Source: Deltaproteobacteria bacterium
GTDB taxonomy: Bacteria > Myxococcota_A > UBA796 > SXON01
Assembly: GCA_947484175.1 (NCBI GenBank)
Contig: CANKOI010000001.1
Span: 19,752 to 83,751, forward strand
Direction: 5' to 3'
DNA: 64,000 bases
The position numbers were made by a program, and so were the translations under genes. Every line of letters starts with the position of its first letter. Positions within the stretch are counted from its first letter, which is position 1. The notes beneath the pieces are model-generated. The model saw only the letters and a program-made list of their open reading frames with translations, did not search any database and had not been told where the DNA came from. This document shows positions 20,456-29,300 of the stretch, in pieces.

Positions 20456-21514
20456 ATGCTGCATCTGCTCCTTGCGTGCGCGGGCGCTCCCGACGACACC
20501 AGCGCCCCGGTCGATCCAGTCGCCTTCCTCACCGAGCCCGGCGCCTGGAGCGTGGGCCACACCACGGTGGAGGTGGAGTACACCGACGCCGAGGGCGAGG
20601 AGCGCGCCCTGCGCACGTCGTTGTGGTACCCCAGCCACGCCACCAGCGGTTTTCCGGCCGAATACCTGCTCGGCTACACGCAGGCGGAGGGCGTCTTCGA
20701 AGACGCGGCGCCGGCCACCGACGGCGACTTTCCGGTCGTCGCCTACTCCCACGGCCACCAGGGCTATGCCGAAGCCAGCTCCTTCCTCGCCGAGCACTTC
20801 GCTTCGCACGGGTACACCGTGATCTCGCCCGATCACACCGGCAACACCACCTTTGACGGCAGCGATCGCGCCACCGACATCTACCTCGACCGCCCCCGCG
20901 ATCTCACCGCGGTGCTCGATGCGTTCGAGGCCGGCGCGCTCCTCGCCTCGCCGCAGTTCGACGGGGATGTGGTGGCCATGGGCCACAGCTTCGGCGGCTA
21001 CACGATCTTCCCGGCGGCGGGCGTCCCGTGGGACATCGACGCCATCGACGAGGCGTGTGCGAGCGGCGACACCGCGAGGGTGTGCACCCACTGGAGCGAA
21101 GACTGGGCCTCCCGGTTCAAGGCCGGCGCATCCGACCCCCGGGTGCGCGCGGTGGTGGCCATGGCGCCCGGCGACCACTGGCTGCTCGGCTCCGCAAACG
21201 TGGGCACCCTCGGAGTGCCTTCGCTCCTGATGACCGGCGAGTTTGACCCCGAGCGGACCGAAGATGGCGCCGACTACCACGACGACCTCAGCCCACTCGG
21301 CGGCCGCACCCTCAACGTGATCGGCGGAGCCCACAACACCTTCGCCGACGTGGCCGGCGCCATGAACGATGGGCAGACCCTCGACGCGGAGGAGGGCCAC
21401 CGGCTTGTGCGCGCCTACGCGCTCGCGTTTGTGGAGCACAGCCTCGGCCGTGGCGACTACGCTTCCGTGCTCGATGGCGACACCGTGATCAGCGCGGCCG
21501 TCGAGTTTCCGTAG
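20456..21514 (+). CDS. Alpha/beta hydrolase lipoprotein (PAF-acetylhydrolase / dienelactone-hydrolase-like)
   Basis: True start ATG 20456 (MLHLLLACAG lipobox). GHSFGG nucleophile motif. Confidence 0.7.
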   Translation: MLHLLLACAGAPDDTSAPVDPVAFLTEPGAWSVGHTTVEVEYTDAEGEERALRTSLWYPSHATSGFPAEYLLGYTQAEGVFEDAAPATDGDFPVVAYSHGHQGYAEASSFLAEHFASHGYTVISPDHTGNTTFDGSDRATDIYLDRPRDLTAVLDAFEAGALLASPQFDGDVVAMGHSFGGYTIFPAAGVPWDIDAIDEACASGDTARVCTHWSEDWASRFKAGASDPRVRAVVAMAPGDHWLLGSANVGTLGVPSLLMTGEFDPERTEDGADYHDDLSPLGGRTLNVIGGAHNTFADVAGAMNDGQTLDAEEGHRLVRAYALAFVEHSLGRGDYASVLDGDTVISAAVEFP

Positions 21515-21517
21515 GCA

Positions 21518-21901
21518 TCAGCGCACGCCCACAGTGGACATGACCTCACACCGAGCCGCCGCGGCATCGCACCGCACGAGCACATCTGCCTTGTCTACGA
21601 TCAGCAGGGCGTCGGGTTCGGAAGCGAACGAGGAACCGCCTGCGAACTGCACCCGGTAGCGGTAACTTCCCACTGCGAACCAGCCGGGGCCCATCTCCTT
21701 TCGGCCTACCGTCACCGCGAGCAGCTCGGCGCCCGAGAGCGTCACCTTCGCGCCCGGAGGGTACACCTGCTGGTCCAGACCGTCGATGTCGCGGGTGGGG
21801 TCGAGAAGCGCGGCGGTCATGCCGAACACCAGCACCACCACGATGGCGATCGCCGCGACCAGCCAGACGGGGAACGAGCGGCGCTGGGCAGGCTCAGCCA
21901 T
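21518..21901 (-). CDS. Membrane-anchored hypothetical protein
   Basis: The track start is TTG 21922. ATG 21901 gives MAEPAQRRSFPVWLVAAIAIVVVLVF (single N-terminal TM). Confidence 0.5.
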   Translation of the reverse strand: MAEPAQRRSFPVWLVAAIAIVVVLVFGMTAALLDPTRDIDGLDQQVYPPGAKVTLSGAELLAVTVGRKEMGPGWFAVGSYRYRVQFAGGSSFASEPDALLIVDKADVLVRCDAAAARCEVMSTVGVR

Positions 21902-21999
21902 GGGTGGCGGGTAACGAGACAAGGGCTGGGGGTCGATGCCGGCCGCAGCGCGTTAGCGACGGCGGGTTCAACTTGCCGCCTCGTGCGAGGGAGTTTTCT

Positions 22000-23349
22000 A
22001 TGATCTTGTTCCTCCTTGGCTGCTCCCCCGCCGACAACGTTTCCACGCCAGCCCCCGCGCCGTCCGCGGTCGCCGCCCCGGCCGGGTGGGCCAACGTCGC
22101 ACCCGCCCGCGTTCTCGAGGCCCACCACGGCGACGGACGCAGCTATCTCCAGATCGAAGAGGCCTCGTACACCTTCTGGGTGAGCGTGCCGCAGCTCGCG
22201 GTCGCCGCCGGAGACTTCGTCCAGATGGGCAAGGGCTCCCTGCATGAGAAGCTCCACAGTGCGGAGCTGGCACGGGACTTCGAACGCATCACGGAGATCG
22301 ATCGTGCCGAGAAGGCCGACGCCGGCGCGGTGTCCGAGGTGTTGGTGCCCATCGAGGGAGGCGTGTCGGTCGCCGACCTGTACGCCCGGCGCACGGAGTT
22401 CGGGGGGAAGGAGGTGCGCGTTCGCGGGCGGGTGGTCAAGGCGAGCAAGGGCATCTTTGGCAAGAACTGGTACCACCTGCGCGATGGCAGCGGCGTGGAG
22501 GGTTCCAACGACCTGACCGTCACCACCACGGCCGATGCGAACCTCGGCGACGTACTCGTGGCCACGGGCCCCCTCACGCTCGACCGCGACCTCGGCTTCG
22601 GGTATTTTTTCGCGGTCATCTTAGAGGATGCGGCCGTCGTGGCCGATGGCGCCGCCGGGGCAGCCGCTCCGGCGGCCTCCGCTGTCCACCTCCCGGAGGT
22701 GCCCGCGGCGCCCGCGCTGCCCGAGGCGGCCCCCGCGCCGGCCGTGGCGACGCCCAAGAAAGCGGGCCTCCCCTCGTCCCCCCTCAAGCAGGTCTTCGGC
22801 ATCGACGTGGGTGCGACCACGCAGGCCCAACTCGACGCGTGGGCCGTCTCCCGGCTCCTCACCTGCACCGTGACCGCCTCCCCCCGGCGCGCCACCACCC
22901 ACACCCGCTGCGGCGGCGACATCGCGCCCTCCGTACTCGAAGGCCGGAAGATGCAGGGGAAGGTGCAGGATCTCCTGTTCTCCCGCACCGACACAGGGCC
23001 CATCCACGCGGTCTCGGCCACGAGCCGCTACTCCCTGCCCTCAAGCGCTGCAGAAGACTACCAGTCCACGCTCGCTCGCTTGGTGGAACAGCTCGGGCGC
23101 CCCTCGATTGAGCGCCCCTACGAGGCCGCGCGGCTCGAGCAGAAGCTGGTTCGTTTCGCCGCCGAGTGGAACTTCAACGACCTCGATGTGGCCGTGTCGC
23201 TCTACCGCACGGGGGTGGACTACTACACGCTCGCGGAGAGCTGGGCGGTGCCGGGCGTGGAGGCCAGTGTGAGCGTTCGCGAGGGTTCGATCGGGCACGG
23301 GGCCGGCCCGCTCCGGCCGCCGGGCTGGAACCCACACGTCGCGGAGTAG
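22000..23349 (+). CDS. Hypothetical lipoprotein (N-terminal OB-fold-like domain, Ala/Pro linker)
   Basis: ATG 22000 gives MILFLLGC lipobox. GKEVRVRGRVVKASKGIFGKNWYHLRDGSG pattern. Linker AAGAAAPAASAVHLPEVPAAPALPEAAPAPA. Confidence 0.6.
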   Translation: MILFLLGCSPADNVSTPAPAPSAVAAPAGWANVAPARVLEAHHGDGRSYLQIEEASYTFWVSVPQLAVAAGDFVQMGKGSLHEKLHSAELARDFERITEIDRAEKADAGAVSEVLVPIEGGVSVADLYARRTEFGGKEVRVRGRVVKASKGIFGKNWYHLRDGSGVEGSNDLTVTTTADANLGDVLVATGPLTLDRDLGFGYFFAVILEDAAVVADGAAGAAAPAASAVHLPEVPAAPALPEAAPAPAVATPKKAGLPSSPLKQVFGIDVGATTQAQLDAWAVSRLLTCTVTASPRRATTHTRCGGDIAPSVLEGRKMQGKVQDLLFSRTDTGPIHAVSATSRYSLPSSAAEDYQSTLARLVEQLGRPSIERPYEAARLEQKLVRFAAEWNFNDLDVAVSLYRTGVDYYTLAESWAVPGVEASVSVREGSIGHGAGPLRPPGWNPHVAE

Positions 23350-23408
23350 CCGTTGCGCCCCTGTACGTTCGACCGCTCCCGGCGTACGCTGGCGCCGTCA
23401 GGGTACTG

Positions 23409-24431
23409 ATGCAGGTCTCCCGTCGAAATCTGCTCGTCGGCGGCGGTGCCGCCTCGCTGGTCGCGCCGCGACTGCCGCGCGCGGCCGCCGGGTCGAGCGA
23501 GCGCCGCTTCATCTTCGTTCAAGCGCTGGGGGCCTGGGACGTCACCCAGGTGTTCGCCCCCGTCTTCGGGTCGCCGGGCATCGTGCATCAGACGGGGTGT
23601 GAGCCCTCCAGCCTAGGCGACCTGTCTTGGGTGGACCACAGGGAGCGGCCGCACGTCTCCCGCTTCTTCGCGCGGTTCGCCGACCAAACCGCGCTGATCA
23701 ACGGCGTGTACGTGGCCTCCATCGCCCACCCCAGCGCGCTCCGCCTCTCGCTCACCAGCAGCCTCGACGCAACGCAGGCTGACTGGGCCACCCGCATCGG
23801 AGCCTTCTCCACTTCGGACAGCGTGACTCCCCACTTGGTCGTCGGGGGCTGCTACTACGCAGGTCGATACGGCGTGCACGTGGGCCGCGGCAGCACCAGC
23901 GGCCAACTCCAGGCGCTCGACGAGCAGATCGACGTGGCGATCATGGCGTTGGAAAACGGGGTGGCGCGGTGCGTGACCGTCGGGGACTCGCTCCTGGACT
24001 ACGACAGCCACGCCGTGAACGACGAACTCCAGTCGCCGCTCTTCAACTCGCTGTTCTTGTCTCTGGAAACGCTCATGGACCGCCTCGCGGCCGCCACATC
24101 TCCTTCGGGCGCCTCCCTCGCCGATGAGACCGTCGTGGTGGTGCTCTCCGAGATGGCCCGCAGCCCGACGTACAACGGATCGAATGGCCGCGACCACTGG
24201 CCCTGCACCAGCGTGATGATCGTCGGCTCAGGCGTGGCGGGCGGTCGCGTGTACGGCGGGTGGGACTCGCTGATGTATGGGCAGCCCGTAGACCTCGCGA
24301 GCGGAGACATCGCCGAGGGCGGCACCTGGCTCGCACCGGAGCACGTCGGCGCCACGCTGTTGGCGCTGGCCGACGTCGATCCCGCCGACACCGGACTCTC
24401 CGTCGGCCCCATCGGCGCGGTCCTCGCGTGA
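23409..24431 (+). CDS. DUF1501-family protein with twin-arginine signal
   Basis: ATG 23409 gives MQVSRRNLLVGGGAASL. LSEMARSP..NGSNGRDHWP..GSGVAGGRVYG matches the SEFGRT..GRDHW..GGG signature of DUF1501. Confidence 0.65.
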   Translation: MQVSRRNLLVGGGAASLVAPRLPRAAAGSSERRFIFVQALGAWDVTQVFAPVFGSPGIVHQTGCEPSSLGDLSWVDHRERPHVSRFFARFADQTALINGVYVASIAHPSALRLSLTSSLDATQADWATRIGAFSTSDSVTPHLVVGGCYYAGRYGVHVGRGSTSGQLQALDEQIDVAIMALENGVARCVTVGDSLLDYDSHAVNDELQSPLFNSLFLSLETLMDRLAAATSPSGASLADETVVVVLSEMARSPTYNGSNGRDHWPCTSVMIVGSGVAGGRVYGGWDSLMYGQPVDLASGDIAEGGTWLAPEHVGATLLALADVDPADTGLSVGPIGAVLA

Positions 24432-24475
24432 TTGAAGAGGGGCCCTGAGCTGGCTGTTTCATGGTCAACACACGG

Positions 24476-24503
24476 TTGACAAAGTGTAGACAAACGGTAG
24501 ACT
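24476..24503 (+). promoter_or_regulatory. Candidate sigma-70-type promoter TTGACA-16-TAGACT overlapped by palindrome GTCAAC-n5-GTTGAC
   Basis: TTGACA at 24476-24481, TAGACT at 24498-24503. Perfect 6-bp inverted repeat at 24464-24469 / 24475-24480. About 70 nt upstream of ATG 24574. Confidence 0.35.
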
Positions 24504-24573
24504 GGTCGGCCACGGCGGCGATCCGGCTTCGGCTCGCTCCTCGCGCCCCTCCCCTCGGAACCAGAGTTTACCC

Positions 24574-25494
24574 ATGATCAGCAGCGTTGCCCTTCTCCTC
24601 CTCTCCCTCGTGGCGTGCGACGCCGATCCCGTCGAGACCGCTGGCGAGACCGGCAGCATGGACACCGACACGGGTGGCATGGACACCGACACCGGCGGCA
24701 TGGACACCGACACGGGTGGCGGCGACACCGACACGGCGGCGGCGAGCCTCTACGAGCAGATCGGGGGCGCGGCAGCGGTGGACGCCGTGGTCGAGCAATT
24801 CGTCGCGAACGTGGCGGCCGACCCCAACATCAACTGGTTCTTCGCGCATGCCGACATTCCGATCCTGAAGGCCCAGCTGAAGGACCAGATTTGCGCCGCC
24901 ACGGGCGGTCCGTGCACCTACAGCGGTGGCGACATGGTCACCGTGCACGCGGGTATGGCGATCACGGATGCGCAGTTCGACTTCCTCGTGGCCGACCTGC
25001 TCATGGCCCTCGACACCCTCGGCGTTCCCTACGCGCTCGACGGCTCCGCCACGATCGACCCGCTGCTCTTCGCCCTCGTCGGCATGCGCGGCGACATCGT
25101 CACCGACCCGCAGGGCACCGTCGTGTACTTCAACCAGCTCGGTGGCCACGGCGCGGTTGAGGTGGTGATCGACACCTTCCTCACCAACGTGCTGGCGGAC
25201 CCCGAAATCAACGGGCGTTTCGCGACGACCGACGCCGCAGCGCTCCGCTCGCACCTCATCGACCAGGTGTGCAGCGCCACGGGTGGCTACTGCACCTACA
25301 CGGGCCGCACGATGCTGGAAACCCACCAGGGCATGAACATCACCGAAGCGGAGTTCAACTTCCTCGTTGGCGACCTGCTCAAGGCCCTCGACACGCTCGG
25401 CGTGCCCTACAGCGCTACCCTCGATGGTACCGGACTCGCCGACGCGCTCCTCCTCGCGCTCCTCGGCATGAAGGGCGACATCGTCGGGCACTGA
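24574..25494 (+). CDS. Lipoprotein with two tandem group-I truncated-haemoglobin (Bac_globin) domains
   Basis: LLLLSLVAC lipobox. Two copies of LYEQIGG..AVVEQFV..FF..GGPCTYSG..MVTVHAGMAIT / FNQLGG..VIDTFL..GGYCTYTG..MLETHQGMNIT. Proximal His retained in both. Confidence 0.8.
   Translation: MISSVALLLLSLVACDADPVETAGETGSMDTDTGGMDTDTGGMDTDTGGGDTDTAAASLYEQIGGAAAVDAVVEQFVANVAADPNINWFFAHADIPILKAQLKDQICAATGGPCTYSGGDMVTVHAGMAITDAQFDFLVADLLMALDTLGVPYALDGSATIDPLLFALVGMRGDIVTDPQGTVVYFNQLGGHGAVEVVIDTFLTNVLADPEINGRFATTDAAALRSHLIDQVCSATGGYCTYTGRTMLETHQGMNITEAEFNFLVGDLLKALDTLGVPYSATLDGTGLADALLLALLGMKGDIVGH
24658..24741 (+). repeat. In-frame 21-bp tandem repeat (about 3.5 copies) encoding MDTDTGG
   Basis: atggacaccgacacgggtggc / atggacaccgacaccggcggc / atggacaccgacacgggtggc / degenerate ggcgacaccgacacggcggcg. 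Confidence 0.85.
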
Positions 25495-25499
25495 GCAGC

Positions 25500-26336
25500 C
25501 TACGAGCGGCTCTCCGCCCGGCCCTCGAGCAACGGCACTGCCCGCTCCGCGAAGGACGCGGGCAGTCGCTTTTTTAGGATCGACGTGATCTGCGAATTGC
25601 TGTAGCGCGCGGAGAAGTGGGTGAGGAGCAGCGCCTCGCAGCCGAGCTGAGGCAGGCGCGGGATCAGCTCGTCGAGGTGGACGTGCCCGCTGTTGCGGGC
25701 CTTTTCCACCGAGACCCGGTCGTCGAGGAAGGTGCACTCGAGGATGAGCAGCCGGGCGGCCCGTACGAGCGGCTCGCGTTCAATCACCTCGGGGAGCGTG
25801 TCGCCCGTGAACGCCACCTCTACCGACTCGGTCTCCTCCGAAACCTGTTCGCCATCGAGGCGGCGGCGGCGAATCGCGTCCTCGTCGAGCCCCGCGAGCT
25901 CGGGGCGCAGGCGCGTGCGCCGCCGACACAGGGCGTACCCTTGGCAGGCCACCCGGTGGGGGCTGCGGAACGGGCGCGCCACCCAACCCCCGCCGAGCTC
26001 CACGGCGTCGCCGGGACCACAGGGGTGCAGCGTGACGGGGAGGTCACTCTTGTCGAGGCGGCGGAAGGCGTCGAGCATGCTGTGCAGGTCGGCTTCGTTC
26101 TCCTGCGGCACGTACCAGATGGGGGGCTTCATCTTGTAGAGGTCGCGCGTGGCGGCGTGGTAGGCCAAGCCCCCCGCGTGGTCCATGTGGGTGTGCGTGA
26201 TGAGGAGTCGGCGCCGCTTCACCGCGCTGTGGGGGCAGCGCCCGATGTCGAACGCGAGATCGAGCTCCGGCAACTGGATGCAGGTCTCAATCCCGCCGAT
26301 GCTGAGCGCATCCACTTCGTAGCCCGCGAGCCGCAT
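25500..26336 (-). CDS. MBL-fold metallohydrolase, RNase Z/ElaC-like
   Basis: 278 aa. HxHxDH as THTHMDHAGG. C-terminal LLTHFSARY typical of RNase Z. Confidence 0.7.
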   Translation of the reverse strand: MRLAGYEVDALSIGGIETCIQLPELDLAFDIGRCPHSAVKRRRLLITHTHMDHAGGLAYHAATRDLYKMKPPIWYVPQENEADLHSMLDAFRRLDKSDLPVTLHPCGPGDAVELGGGWVARPFRSPHRVACQGYALCRRRTRLRPELAGLDEDAIRRRRLDGEQVSEETESVEVAFTGDTLPEVIEREPLVRAARLLILECTFLDDRVSVEKARNSGHVHLDELIPRLPQLGCEALLLTHFSARYSNSQITSILKKRLPASFAERAVPLLEGRAESRS

Positions 26337-26414
26337 CCCCCCGAGCTAACTCAGCGACACCTCGCGACAGCCGGTGACCTTCCCTCCCCAATGTCGGTGG
26401 ATAGGGAAGAAGGT

Positions 26415-27458
26415 ATGCGCTCCTTCGCCGGCCCCCTGTTCCTCACCCTCGTCCTGTCAGCGTGCAACGCCGCGGCCACCGATGCCCCGCCCGTGGCGGT
26501 GCCGGCCAACTTCAACCCCACGCTGACGCTCGCACCGCTGGTCGACAACGTACGCCCCGCGGTGGTGAACGTGTACACCACCCAGCGTCAGACGATCCCC
26601 ACCATGTACCAATACGCGTACGGGTGGCCGAAGGAGCACGTGCAGCAGGGCCAGGGTTCGGGTTTCGTGATCTCCGCCGACGGGTACATCCTCACCAACA
26701 ACCATGTCGTGAGCGGCGCGAGCGAGGTCAAGGTGAAGTTTGACTCGGGCGACGAATACGCCGCTTCCGTGGTCGGACTCGACCGCGGCAGCGACGTGGC
26801 CCTCCTCAAGATCGAGTCGCCCCGCCCGCTCCCTTGGCTCAAGCTCGGCGCCAGCGACCGCGCGCGCGTCGGGGATTGGGTGGTGGCGGTAGGCAACCCC
26901 TTAGGGCTCGGTCACACCGTTACCGCCGGCATCATCTCCGCGAAGGGCCGCGAGGTGCCGGAGCTCGACGCGCTGGAGGAGTTCATCCAGACCGACGCAA
27001 GCATCAACCCGGGCAACTCCGGGGGGCCGCTCATCGGCCTCGACGGTGCCGTGGTGGGCATGAACACCGCGATTGTGAGCGGCGCGAACAGCGTCGGCTT
27101 CGCCATTCCCAGCGATCATCTCGCGCTGGTGGTGCCCCAGCTCCGGAAGACGGGGACGGTTGCGCGGGGTTGGTTGGGGGTGGGCACCGCCGCGCTCAAC
27201 GCCCGGGGCGTCGCGCAATTCAAGGTCGAGGGCGGTGCGCTCGTGGTGCGGCTCTCGGAAGGCAGCCCCGCCGCCCGCGCCGGCCTTGCCCAGGGCGACG
27301 TGATCCTGAACATCGCCGGAAAGACCATCACCAGCGACAAGGATGTGTACCGGGCCATCGCCAGCCGCAACCCCGGCGACGAGGTGGTGGTGCGCTACAT
27401 GCGCGAGGGAAAAACGAAGGAATCGAAGGTGGTTTTGGTGGCGCGGCCGAGCGAGTGA
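26415..27458 (+). CDS. HtrA/DegP-family serine protease lipoprotein with one PDZ domain
   Basis: True start ATG 26415 (MRSFAGPLFLTLVLSAC). TNNHVV, DVALLK, GNSGGPL catalytic triad context. C-terminal PDZ (GDVILNIAGK). Confidence 0.85.
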   Translation: MRSFAGPLFLTLVLSACNAAATDAPPVAVPANFNPTLTLAPLVDNVRPAVVNVYTTQRQTIPTMYQYAYGWPKEHVQQGQGSGFVISADGYILTNNHVVSGASEVKVKFDSGDEYAASVVGLDRGSDVALLKIESPRPLPWLKLGASDRARVGDWVVAVGNPLGLGHTVTAGIISAKGREVPELDALEEFIQTDASINPGNSGGPLIGLDGAVVGMNTAIVSGANSVGFAIPSDHLALVVPQLRKTGTVARGWLGVGTAALNARGVAQFKVEGGALVVRLSEGSPAARAGLAQGDVILNIAGKTITSDKDVYRAIASRNPGDEVVVRYMREGKTKESKVVLVARPSE

Positions 27459-27466
27459 TGTCGGGC

Positions 27467-28204
27467 TCACCCCAACCGGGGCACCGCCCAAATCCACCAC
27501 GCCAGCGCACTGAGCACGAGCAAGCCGGCGGCCACGAACGGCGCGAAACGGATGAGCTTCTCCGCGGGGAGCCAACCCCCGGTGTGCTCGGTGGAGGGGC
27601 CAGCGGGCAGAAGGACATCCGCCTGCGTGGCGGTGTCCTCCCGCTCGAACCCCTCAGGCTGCAGGGTCACGGGGGGCGGGCGGAGCACCCGACCCGAACC
27701 GCGGGCGCCCGCAGGCGCGCCGAGGCTCGGGAGCAGGTCGGGCGGTTCGTCGGCGATGAGGGTGCGGAGGGCGGTCGGGGGGGGGCCCTCGGCCCGGTGC
27801 GGGACACGCTCGCCGAGCGCGGCGGCAATCCACGTGAGGAGCGCGGCGCGCTGGGCGTCGCCTTCGGGTTGGTCGGCGTGTCCGCCGGTGCGCTCGCCGG
27901 TGACGGAGAGCTCGGCCGGGGGGTCGAACAGGCCGCCGTGATCGGAGTGGTCGGGACCCAGCGGAACCCCCACCTCGTCGATGAGCTCGGTGACATACAC
28001 CTCCACCCACTCGTCGGTGCCGAACCCAGTGAGGTCGGCGGGCTCCGACCACACCGCCACGCCGTCCACCATGCCGAGCCAGCGCGCGTGGCGCGGAGCC
28101 GCATCGCCGTGCAGGCGCAGGGCGCGGCCCTCGGCGGTGCGCACGACGCAGGGGAAAGGGCCCTCGCCCTCCCGCCGCAACAGCTCGAACCTCAGCGTCG
28201 CCAT
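27467..28204 (-). CDS. Hypothetical protein with C-terminal TM anchor
   Basis: In-frame ATG 28204 (MATLRFELL..) within the long track ORF 27467..28861. The upstream part is Arg/Pro-rich shadow sequence. C-terminal FAPFVAAGLLVLSALAWWIWAV. Confidence 0.45.
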   Translation of the reverse strand: MATLRFELLRREGEGPFPCVVRTAEGRALRLHGDAAPRHARWLGMVDGVAVWSEPADLTGFGTDEWVEVYVTELIDEVGVPLGPDHSDHGGLFDPPAELSVTGERTGGHADQPEGDAQRAALLTWIAAALGERVPHRAEGPPPTALRTLIADEPPDLLPSLGAPAGARGSGRVLRPPPVTLQPEGFEREDTATQADVLLPAGPSTEHTGGWLPAEKLIRFAPFVAAGLLVLSALAWWIWAVPRLG

Positions 28205-28719
28205 GTGTCGTCCTCGAACAGGGGCCCGTCGGGGTCGGGCGGCGAGCGGAACCGCAGCCCATCGAGGAATACGCCCCAATCGGCGGCGTAGGCATCGAGC
28301 GCGGCTTCGGGCGCGTGGAGCACGATCTCCACCGTGTGTCCGGGGGTGCGGGTCACGACCATGGTGTATCCGGAGCGCGCCGTGCGCCATCGACGCAGGC
28401 CGGTAACGGCACAGGCGCGGCGCCCGTCGAGCAGGATGTCGTGTTCGGCGATGACGGCGTTTTCCACGCCCACGCGGCGGCCCCAAGAAAGCGCCCGGAC
28501 CCCGGCCACGAGGTCGAGCGGAAGTCTTCCGGCCCGCCCGTTCTCGGGACGACGGGTGAGCGAGATGCCGGCGTCGCCACGGGTGATCACCACGGTATGA
28601 CTCCCGAAGAATTGATAGTTCCGGGCCAACGACCAGCCGGACGGCACGGCGAGGTCGAAAGGGCCGGGGCGTTCGGGGTTCCAAGCGGCGGCGCATCCAA
28701 CGAGCAAGAGCAGCAGCAT
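28192..28719 (-). CDS. Hypothetical lipoprotein
   Basis: MLLLLLVGC lipobox, ATG 28719. 13-nt overlap with the downstream gene. Confidence 0.55.
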   Translation of the reverse strand: MLLLLLVGCAAAWNPERPGPFDLAVPSGWSLARNYQFFGSHTVVITRGDAGISLTRRPENGRAGRLPLDLVAGVRALSWGRRVGVENAVIAEHDILLDGRRACAVTGLRRWRTARSGYTMVVTRTPGHTVEIVLHAPEAALDAYAADWGVFLDGLRFRSPPDPDGPLFEDDTWRR

Positions 28720-28722
28720 TGC

Positions 28723-29262
28723 TCAGCTCCGGCCCGGCCGTGCGCGCACCAGCCGGCTCAAGCCTGAGCGTAGCGCAGCGGCGGGAAAACCCGAGGGGGG
28801 AACGTGCAAGAAGGCCGCCGGCAGGCCCGCTCGGAGCGCACGGAACAACCAACTGTTGCACACGTACCCGCCCGCGTCGAGGGATAGCCCTACGCCGAGA
28901 GCGGTGGCCAGCGGCGCCGCGCTAGCCGAAACGAGGCTCCCCTGGCCCGCGCCGTGGTCGGCGAGTCCCACCCCGTCCACGTCGAAGAGCAGCGGGTCGG
29001 CGCGGTGATTCCCCACCTGCTCCACGAGCGCTTCGGTCCGGCCCGACGCCACGCCCACGCCCAACACCAGCGCCGGACCCAACTCCTCCACGAGGTCGAG
29101 CGTGAGCCGCTCGCTGCGGGCGTAGGACACCGGCATCTCCCGCCCCACGATTCGACCGACTCCTCTGCCAAGCGTCTGCCCGTCCACCGCGAGCGCCACC
29201 CGCCGGGCCGGGTTGTCGACGACCGACCCGAACGGGCCGAATCCCAGCACCAGCACGACCAT
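28723..29262 (-). CDS. pcp: Pyroglutamyl-peptidase I (pyrrolidone-carboxylate peptidase)
   Basis: MVVLVLGFGPFG..NPA N-terminus. Catalytic Cys context GGYVCN and His context AFLHVP. ATG 29262 preferred over GTG 29277. Confidence 0.75.
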   Translation of the reverse strand: MVVLVLGFGPFGSVVDNPARRVALAVDGQTLGRGVGRIVGREMPVSYARSERLTLDLVEELGPALVLGVGVASGRTEALVEQVGNHRADPLLFDVDGVGLADHGAGQGSLVSASAAPLATALGVGLSLDAGGYVCNSWLFRALRAGLPAAFLHVPPSGFPAAALRSGLSRLVRARPGRS

Positions 29263-29300
29263 GGGGCAGCCTACCACGGAGGCACCCGGTATAAGGCGCC

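Noticed and set aside
24658-24741. Short tandem repeats here and at 55339..55511 as CRISPR-like arrays
   Set aside because: Units abut directly without spacers, are multiples of 3 nt, and lie in frame inside well-supported genes. No cas genes are present.
20249-25737. Minus-strand ORFs 20249..21439, 22143..23021 and 24568..25737
   Set aside because: Antisense to the alpha/beta hydrolase, the lipoprotein and the tandem-globin genes. Composition-driven open frames.
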